Shown in pieces: positions 25,559 through 64,000 of a stretch of 64,000 nucleotides of DNA (position 1 is the stretch's first letter; each line of letters opens with the position of its first letter). The notes under the pieces were generated by a model. That model saw only the letters and a list, made by a program, of their open reading frames with translations, made no database searches and was not told where the DNA came from. Made by a program: the position numbers and the translations under genes. Origin of the DNA: Lama glama (Eukaryota); the NCBI GenBank assembly GCA_028534125.1, contig CM052817.1, forward strand, positions 870,001-934,000, read 5' to 3'.

Positions 25559-27968
25559 AAACCTTGTCCTTACATTAAATCAAGTAATCTGGTCACTGGC
25601 AGTCTGACAGCATCGGTAGGGCACGCTGTCACAGAACCAGGGGACACCTGAGGCCAGGGCTTGAGCCCTGTCAGGCGAGGCTCATTCTGGAATCTGGCCT
25701 CAGGACAGCAGGCCCAGACCCAAAGCCCACTTGCCACTGCTCCTGCTGGGAAGCCACAGCCACACACAGGTGGACATGGAGACATCTTCCACCTTGACCT
25801 CTGACATGTCATGGTTCAGAAATCTTACTTTAAGCCGTTACAGGAACATGAATTTCATATTTTAATAAAAACATTATTTCTGAAAAAGGTGTTTGCACAT
25901 AGCCCAAGGAGGCCCTCAGGAGAAGCTGGCCCCAGGCCCCTGGAGGACGTGGAGACAGAGCCAGCTGCTGGCCCTCAACCCTGTGAGGAGAAACACTGCC
26001 TGGAGATGACTCTTCACAAACTACACGGTGCCCTTCATTCTAAAAAAGTCTGGATTTTGACATTCCAAAATGACTGGAACCCACGTGCCAATTTTCAGAA
26101 TCCCCAATGAAAAAGTGGGTGTTCAGGTGGAGTGGAAGAGGAAACACAGGCTAAGAACCCCTGCCTGGTCTTTAAGCAGGTGTGGCTGGCACAGCTTCCG
26201 CAGGCGCAGGCACGTGTACCTCAGCACACGGCACCCCACACCCTGCATTTCCAAAGCCACCGTTCCTCACACCTGCCACTGGGCCGGACCCAGTTCAGGA
26301 CAGTAAAAACAATCGGGGTGGGGACGCCTGCAGCCAGCCATCGCAACGTCGCAAAAACCAAAGGAAGATCCCACCGCCCCCGGGGGCGTGGCTCCACCTG
26401 GGTGATGCAGGTACTCTGCTCTGGGGAGCAGCTGCAGAGCGCGGGGTCGGCATGCTGGGGCCGGGACCCAGGCCGCCGGAGGACTGCTGGGTAGCTCATA
26501 GATCCCAACTATGAGTCTGGAGCGCACTTCTTAAATAACTGAAATAAAACCCTTTAGACCCAACTGTTCCTTTATCAGGTTTTACATTTGAGGATATATA
26601 ATCTCACCCGTTTTGTCAAGTTTCTTCCTTAATGGCTGAGTAAAAAGTTTCAAGTAATTCAGAAGCTATCATTTCGTCATCATCCTCTCTCAGCTAACCT
26701 GGCCACTCTATTCCTATGTCTCCAATTCCTATGATTCCCCGCAAAGAACGGTCTTGTGAGAACTCACCCCGAGTACAAGGAGTCACAGCTGAGGCCACCG
26801 GCCGCCCGGCCCCACCTGCCCCACAGAGCACCGTGCTCCCAAGCTGCCGGGTGTGGACACCGGCCGCCAGGCCAGGAGGCTGCCACGCTGCGCCCAGAGG
26901 TGCATGGGCTGGCCCCACGGCTCTTGGAGGCCTGCAGGCCGCGCGGGCCCCCCGGAGCGGCTCCCAAGGCCTCCTGCCCAGCCGTCTGGGAGGAGCCATG
27001 CTGCGGGCCCGCGGAGGCCCTTGTGACGCAGAGCAGCCCAGGGCCGGCCTGTCCCTGGACGCACAGTGAAACCTGCTCCAAACTCCCATGAGGCCAATGA
27101 GGCGCTAACACCCCGAGTCAGAAAACTTCCTAAAAGCTACAAGAGCTCCATAAGTCACTCAAACACGAGACGCTGTCTTTTCAAGGGCTTCACTGGTGTC
27201 TCACGGCAGAGCTCCCACTTGATTCACCCAGGCAGACGGTCACGTGAGGAAATTCTAATTAATTAATTAAAGGTTTTAGGTGAAAATCAAAAGCACATCA
27301 AGAAAGAGCTCAAATACACACATAAGAGGAAACTTGCAGGAGACCCCAACACTCCCGTCAGAACTGAGATTCTCCAGCAGCCACAGAGAGACGGATGGAC
27401 ATACTTTCTCAATCGTTACAGATGTGACTTGGGAAGTGTGCACAAGTCAGTCCTATTTACACAGATATTCAGGAACCCAAGTCCACGGACTCACGAAGCA
27501 TCTTCTCCAGGCTGAGGAGGCTGTGCCCGCATCTGACTCCCAGTCGCATGCCTCTGGCTCCACAGGCACGCAGTCCAGGTGGCTGTCCTCTCTCCTCCAG
27601 GGACAGATGCCGCCAGGGGGTGCGTGGGGAGGCCAAGTGAGCCTCTGCAGGGCCACAGCCCCCCGCTGCTGGCAGGCTGCACACTGGGCTGCCGCAGCCC
27701 GGACCACTGCAGCCCCTGCTATGTCATGAATCCAGAGGAGTCTCCCCGGAGGGGTTCAGGGATTCCAGACTGACTGAATCTTCGTGGAATGATGAAAATT
27801 TAAAATTACTTGATATGGAAGTTTCTGATTTATTCCAGACAAAATATTAGATTTGTCACTAAGAATCACTTCAAAGCAATCACTATCACGAGAGGGCTGC
27901 AGTGGCCAGTGCAGCGAGATGGAGCCAGACATGTGAGGGGCCACTACGGAGCCAGAGCGGGGCTGGCC

Positions 27969-58235
<30,267 letters not shown>

Positions 58236-60618
58236 GTGCCCGGCCGCGGAGGCTGCCCGGCCTCCTGCTGCTGCCTCCTCCTTCTCCCCCGCGGCGGCCG
58301 CGGCTCCTCGCCGGCCGGCGGCGGCTCGGCCCGCCCGCGGACGGTTGAGGGCGGCGGTCGGCTGCGGGCGGCGGGCGGCGGGCGCTCAGCTCAAGGACCC
58401 GGCATCGGCGGCAGCCATATCCCAGCGCCGACGTCCGGCGGCGCGGGGCGGGGCGGCCGGGCCGCCGCTCCCATTGGGCCCCTCGGGCTCCCGGCGCCGG
58501 CCAGGTGAGGGGCGGGCCCGCGCCGCCGCGGACTGCCCGTCCCGGCCTGCCCCGCGGCCGGCCGCCCGTCCCGGCGTGCTCCGCGCGGCCGCCCTGCGGG
58601 GCGCCGCTTCCGGGGTCGCGCCGCGCCGCGCCGCGCCGCGCGGGCGGGCCTCGCGGGCTGGGAGCCGGCGGGGCATGCGTGCTGGGCTCTCCCGCGCCCG
58701 CGCCGCGGCTGTGGGATCTAGGCCGCCGCGCCGACGCGCAGCAGAGGCCTGCGGGGGCCTGAGGGACGCCAGCGGCCGGGTTCGTCTGGCCCGGGGCCCC
58801 CGGTCCAGGGCGGCGCCCGCTGGGGCTGGGCCGAGCGCGCAGGTCCGCCCCGCTGACCCCTCCAGCGCTTGCCCTCGGAAGGGAGAGACCGGGCAGTCGT
58901 GGCCTTCGAGCTCCACCTTCCCTTCCCTAAGACGCGGTCGTGTTGGCGGTGGTCGTGGGGAGATCGTTGAGGTGGTGCCCGGAAAGCAGGCCGGGGGAGT
59001 TGGGATCCGCGGCTCTGGGGCCCAGGGAACACGGCCTTCCCAGCAGCTCGCTCCCACCGGCCTGTGCCTCAGCCCGTCCCCGGACTCCCCACCCTGCTTC
59101 CCACTCCCCAGCCTGTGCTCCTCTCAGGTCCTCTGCCTGGACGGTCTTTGCAGTCCTTCCCGCCCATCTGCCTGTCTGTCTTGTTCACTGCTGTAACCCC
59201 AGCAGTTTCCTGCAGTGCACGCTCAGTGCGTGCCTGTCCTCTGACGTGCAGGAGCGTGGAAGTCCAGATTACAGCAGGCTCCCCAGTCTTCAGGGCTGGC
59301 TGAATAGCACTTCTCCCTAGGAGGCTCCCCCAGCACTCAGCCCTCTCCATCTGGAAGAAGTAGCCTGCCTGTGGTGGTTTTCCTGAACCTGCCTGAGCCA
59401 GAACCAGCAGGTGCTGGACTGGGATGGGGCTGGAGTCCCCATCACAGGTGGAGAGGGTGGCATTCGTTAGTGCAGGGCACTTTGTAGATGATGTGAAGCG
59501 CTTATATTGGCACTGGGCAGTCAGTGCCATAGACATCAAGTGCAGGGTTCATTGAAGCTCTCGTATGCCTGAAACCGAGATTCCACTGCCCACAAACTAA
59601 AGCCATGCTCCTTCCCTGCCCATCCCCCAGGAGGCAATGGGGGAGGGACAAGGAAGGATAGTCCTTGTCCCCCGGCCCTGGGCCAGGCCTGAGGCAGGGT
59701 CCACAGGTGCTCAGGGTTGGACAGGACTGGCCTTTTAATACCCAAAGTATAGGAGTACACTTGTCTAAGTACTAGTAGCTGACATTGGCCCTGAGCGCCT
59801 CAGGGCCCTGTCCCAAAGCTGTTGAGGGGCAGAGAGGGAGACCCTACAGATGGGAAAGGATCAAAGTTGGTCCCTGATGATGTTTCAGGGTCCCAGCTGG
59901 CCAGAGACAGGGCCGAGCAGGAGGCAGTGACCAACCAATGGGCATGAATGTCTGTTTGTAACAGGACTTTGAAGGACACTGCAGGGGTCGGGTAGCAACA
60001 CTGCTCACCTGCACTTGGGATGCCTCACCCCTGGGCCAGCCAGGTCGGGTGGAAGGGAGAAGCCAAATTAGGGTCTTCGTAGAGGAACAGGGATGCTGCG
60101 TCAGGAGCTTCTGGGCACCACCTCTGATGCTCTCTGCAGCCTGGGCAGGGTCAAGTCTTAGAGAAACTCATTTTTCAACCATCAGTAACTTTATTGGGTT
60201 TTCTGATTATCTGAAGAACATGTGCTAATTGTAGCCATTTCAAGTTTATAAAAATAAGTAAAGAAACAAGTGGACATCTGGTACAAGGCAACTTACAGGG
60301 CAAGTTTTATTTCTACCCCAATTTTGCAAATAAGTAACAAACTCAGAAAGGCTAATACCAGATGAGTGGCTGCCTTCCTCCCGCACATCTGTCTCTTCAT
60401 GAAGCAGTCTGAGAACACACAATTGTGGTGCAGCAGGTTGTTTTAAAGTCGTGGACTCCTTCTGCCTCTTTCTTTTTTCTCTCCTTTGGCAAGGCTCCCT
60501 TTTCCTCTTCCCTGTTCTTCCACATACTGTACATAACCTTCCACAATCACTGTGCATTTACACAGATGACAGAGTCTAGAGTAACAGGGTGGGATGTCCA
60601 GGCAGCGGAAATGCCCCA

Positions 60619-60789
60619 GTTAGGGAGGTTAGAGAATCAGGTTAGGAATCGGGTTAAGGAGTCAGGTTAGAGATCATGCTAAAGAATCAGTCAATCAGAA
60701 ATTAGGATCTGATTAGGGGGTCAGATTAGAGATTGGCTTAGGGAATAAGCTAAGGCGTCAGGTTAAAGGTTGGGTTAGGGGTAAGGGTA
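60619..60789 (+). repeat. Degenerate GGTTAGG-rich tandem array
   Basis: About a dozen (G/A)GTTAG(G/A)-like units at ~12-13 bp spacing, several exact TTAGGG. Confidence 0.7.
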
Positions 60790-61634
60790 CCAGAGGAACA
60801 CTGGGCAGAACTGTGTGCTATACTCCGGCCACGCTCAGGTGCGGGACAGGCAGGAATGGATAGGACCAGGTTAGAGTTTTACCCAGAAGTGTGAAGAGGA
60901 AGAGAGGGACCATGGAGTCAGGGTGTGCACAAGGGAGCAGCTTTACATAAGTCTTGACTGGGAAGTTTGAACTGGGGAGGAGGTGGAGGGGGGCTTGGGA
61001 CAGTGAAAGGTGGCAAGATCACTGACCTGTGGGGCCTGCTAGGACTAAAGGGAGTTTGGAGTTGGGTACCAGAGCAAGTAAGCTGGCAACAGAGGGATGC
61101 TTACAACGGGGGTGGTGGGTATGGCTTGTGCTCTGGGCCACGGCAAGGGCAAGGGTGTGAGCCCAGGAGAGGGGCCTGAGGCAGGGCTGGAGAGTAAGGT
61201 CCTTGGGGAGAGGTACCAGGTGCCTTTGAGCGCCATGGGGAAAGGTATGTCTTCCTCCAGCAGCCTTATGTATGCACAGGCATGGAACAACCTGCACAAC
61301 CAAGATGGTGGCTGTGGGCTGTGATGTGGGAGGGACATGCGTTTGATTCTTGAGACCCCAAGGATGGGGTCTATGGGACAGGTTGTGCCTCCTGGCTTCC
61401 TGTTGCAACCCCCATCTCTCATTGCTTCTTCATAATGGAATCCTGGGTTTACTGGAAAACCTTTTTGTAAACCTTTCAAATTAAAAATTTTAATTTTAAA
61501 ATTAAAATTAACTTTCACTTTTACGTCAGCGTATGTGAGGTGAAGTGGCCAAGTCCCAAGTATACAATGTGAAACATTTTTCCATTATGCACACACCTAT
61601 GCAGCCCCCACTCCAACCAAAGCAAAAGGCTGCC

Positions 61635-61980
61635 AGAGGAGGAAGAGGGAGGCAGAAGAGAGAGGCAGAGGGAGATGTGACTACAGAGGAGGTGGTCAGA
61701 GTGATTTCGTGTGAGAGGGGCTCAGGCAGCTGTGGCTGTCTTCGAAGATGGAGGAAGGGGCCTTGTGCCAAGGGATGCAAGCAGCCTCTAGAGGCTGGAA
61801 AAGACAAGGAAATTAATTCTCTCCCAGAGCCTCCAGATGGGAATGCATCCCTGGCAACACCTTGATTTTAGACCAGCGAGACCTGTGTCATATTTCCGAC
61901 CTACAAAACTTTAAGACGATAAATTTGGGAGGTTTTAAGCCACTGAGTTTACAAGAATTTGTTGCAGAGGCAAATAACAT
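61635..61980 (+). mobile_element. MLT1 (MaLR) solo LTR, MLT1C/D-like
   Basis: GAAGATGGAGGAAGGGGCC..GCAGCCTCTAGAGGCTGGAAAAGACAAGGAA..TTCTCTCCCAGAGCCTCCAGA..TTTTAAGCCACTGAGTTT. Confidence 0.8.
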
Positions 61981-63059
61981 ATCCCATGAACTGCAGCAGT
62001 GCTTTTGTTGGAAGTCAGGTGGCCAGGTGTGCGTGGGACTCTCTTCTGTTGCTGGTCTTTTTGTTTATACTTGAGCCAATAGTGAGCGGTTTTAATGACT
62101 GCAGCTTGTAACTGGGCTTGGAACGCGGCACCGTCAGGCCTGCAGCTTGCTCTCCTTCAGGCTCGTTCTGGGTGCTCTTAGTGTCTTTCGACGAACAGGA
62201 GGTTTATATTTTAGTGCAAACAGATCTTCCCTCTGACAGCTAACAGGTTTCCCCTGGCCTTTTTAGCAAGGTCTTTCCTAATATAAGGTCAGGAAGGTAT
62301 TCATTTATGTCTTATACCAAAGGAGTTACATATTTTCTTTCACTGTTTAAGACTGATCCATCTAGAGTTTCCAGGAATTTTTGCATGTAGTGTGAGGTAC
62401 AAGCCCAGATTCATTTTTTGTGTTTACTTTGTTTTTGTTTTTTACCTTATGGATAACCCAGCATCCCAGGCCTCCTTATTGAATTGTCTCTCTTTCCCCC
62501 CAATCTGCCATGTCCCTCTGTCACATGTCAAAGTTTCATCCATCCTTTTCTTTCATTGGTCAGCTGTTCCCTGTTCCATGACCCCCCTCTTGGTGGGTCC
62601 CAATCAGAGGCACAGTTGCTTTGAAGCTAAGGAGACCCCTGCATGAGACCTGGGCAAGTTAGTGTGTTCACAGGACTGTTTTCTTTTGGGGGTAAGTTTG
62701 TAAAAGAGTGATATTTGGATTGCCATTGTTTATGACCACTGTCTCTGTCCTCACTGCCTGCCCCTCTGGTTTGACGACATGGGGCGCTTACGTGTGGTTT
62801 GCATCCAAGCAGGATTCAGCCTGCTTGGGTTTGCTGAGCTTCTTAGATATGTAGGTTAATGTTTTTGTCAACTGTGGACAAATTTTGGCCATCGTTTTGG
62901 CAAATATTTTTTATCAGTTGCCTTTTCTCTACGTGCCACATGACTTTTTTTTTGTATATTGGTTGTTCTAGATGATATGTTACAATCTCTAGATTCTGTT
63001 ATCATCCTCTGAAAGTGACCACGTGTGGTTTTGAAGGCCAGATCACGAAAGACCGCTAT

Positions 63060-63420
63060 TTCTGCCTTCCTCCTTTTTGGATTCCTGCTCTGGGGGAAGG
63101 CAGCCCCCATGTTAGGGGAACACTTGAACAGCCCCTGGAGAGGCCCAAATGGGGAAGAACTGAGGCCTCCTGCCAATGAACAGCACCACCTGAGTAAACC
63201 ACCTTGGTGGTCCATCCACAGCCCCAGGCAAGCCTTTAGATGCCAGCAGCCCTGGGTGTCATCTTGTCTGCAAACTCATGGGAGACCTTGAGCCTTGAGC
63301 CAGAACTATCCAGCTCCCCCACTTCCGAATTCCTGACAAAGAAATTGCATGTGATAAGCAGTGTTGACAGCTGTTCTGAATCACTAAGCTTCGGGGCTCT
63401 ATGACCTCAGCAATAGGTGG
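63060..63420 (+). mobile_element. MLT1F-like MaLR LTR
   Basis: GGAGAGGCCCA..GAACTGAGGCCTCCTGCCAA..CAGCCCCAGGCAAGCCTTTAGATG..ACTCATGGGAGACCTTGAGCC. Confidence 0.7.
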
Positions 63421-64000
63421 CTGAGATGATGTGTCCGGAGAGTGTTCTGCTCCAGGGTGCAGCATCAGTTCCCAGGGCGTGCACCTTAGGGTCTCAGCTG
63501 CATGTCCAGGGACATTCATGGGACTCCATGAGGCCTCCACTCTGGCCAGGCCAGAGTCCCACAGAAGTTGTTTTCTGGTCAGTCCAGGATCCTCACCCTA
63601 AGCATGTCCTCCGCCAAGGACAGTGGGACTCCCCTCTACACCTGGCCTCTTCTCCAGGGCCCTCCCCACAGCTTCCAGCCGCATCGCTGCCCCGTTGGAC
63701 TCCATCTCCCTGTGCCATGGGAGGAGGCTGCCCACAGGTAGAGAGCCGGGCTGCACGGTTTCCAGGAGTGCCTCTGGAAGGCTCCTTCCCTCGGGATTGC
63801 AGTCCTGCGCGTCCCTTTCCTCACCACCTGAGAACCATCATCTCAGCTGTTTTGTGCGTGTTATGGTGCTTACAGTGGGAGGCTGGTCTTGTCCCAACTT
63901 CTCTGTTACAGCCCACAGCAGCAGTCTTGGTCAGAGTTTCCTTTTAAAAGAGATTCTACATTTGTGGGAAAACTGGCAAGCTCTGAATCAAGTCTGGGGT

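Overview
GC-rich mammalian genomic DNA, probably camelid (a Vic-1-like tRNA-derived SINE is present; I recognised no Alu, Bov-tA, PRE-1 or CanSINE elements). It carries two complete, convergent, intron-containing genes of the conserved FGFR3-LETM1 synteny block. FGFR3 is on the + strand: non-coding exon 1 at ~6362-6581, ATG 7062, stop 20709-20711, mutually exclusive IIIb/IIIc exons, poly(A) signal 22282, and a IIIc form of 801 aa by my exon sum. LETM1 is on the - strand: ATG 58235, 14 coding exons, stop 27969-27971, 735 aa by my exon sum. All junctions were read as GT-AG and both frames close. The window also has three CpG islands (FGFR3 promoter, an orphan island between the two 3' ends, LETM1 promoter), L1/MaLR/MER/MIR relics and a 500-N assembly gap. 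I found no convincing new gene or new biological system; most ORFs in the track are GC-rich artefacts. The most interesting items are regulatory or lineage-specific: a pure (CGG)20 at the FGFR3 start site, a strong-Kozak uORF before the FGFR3 ATG, an orphan CpG island with a CTCF-like motif, a TSD-bounded nested retroelement across the gap, a ~60 bp direct repeat bracketing the LETM1 promoter, and indels in the LETM1 termini. Comparisons with human sequences are from memory and need alignment.
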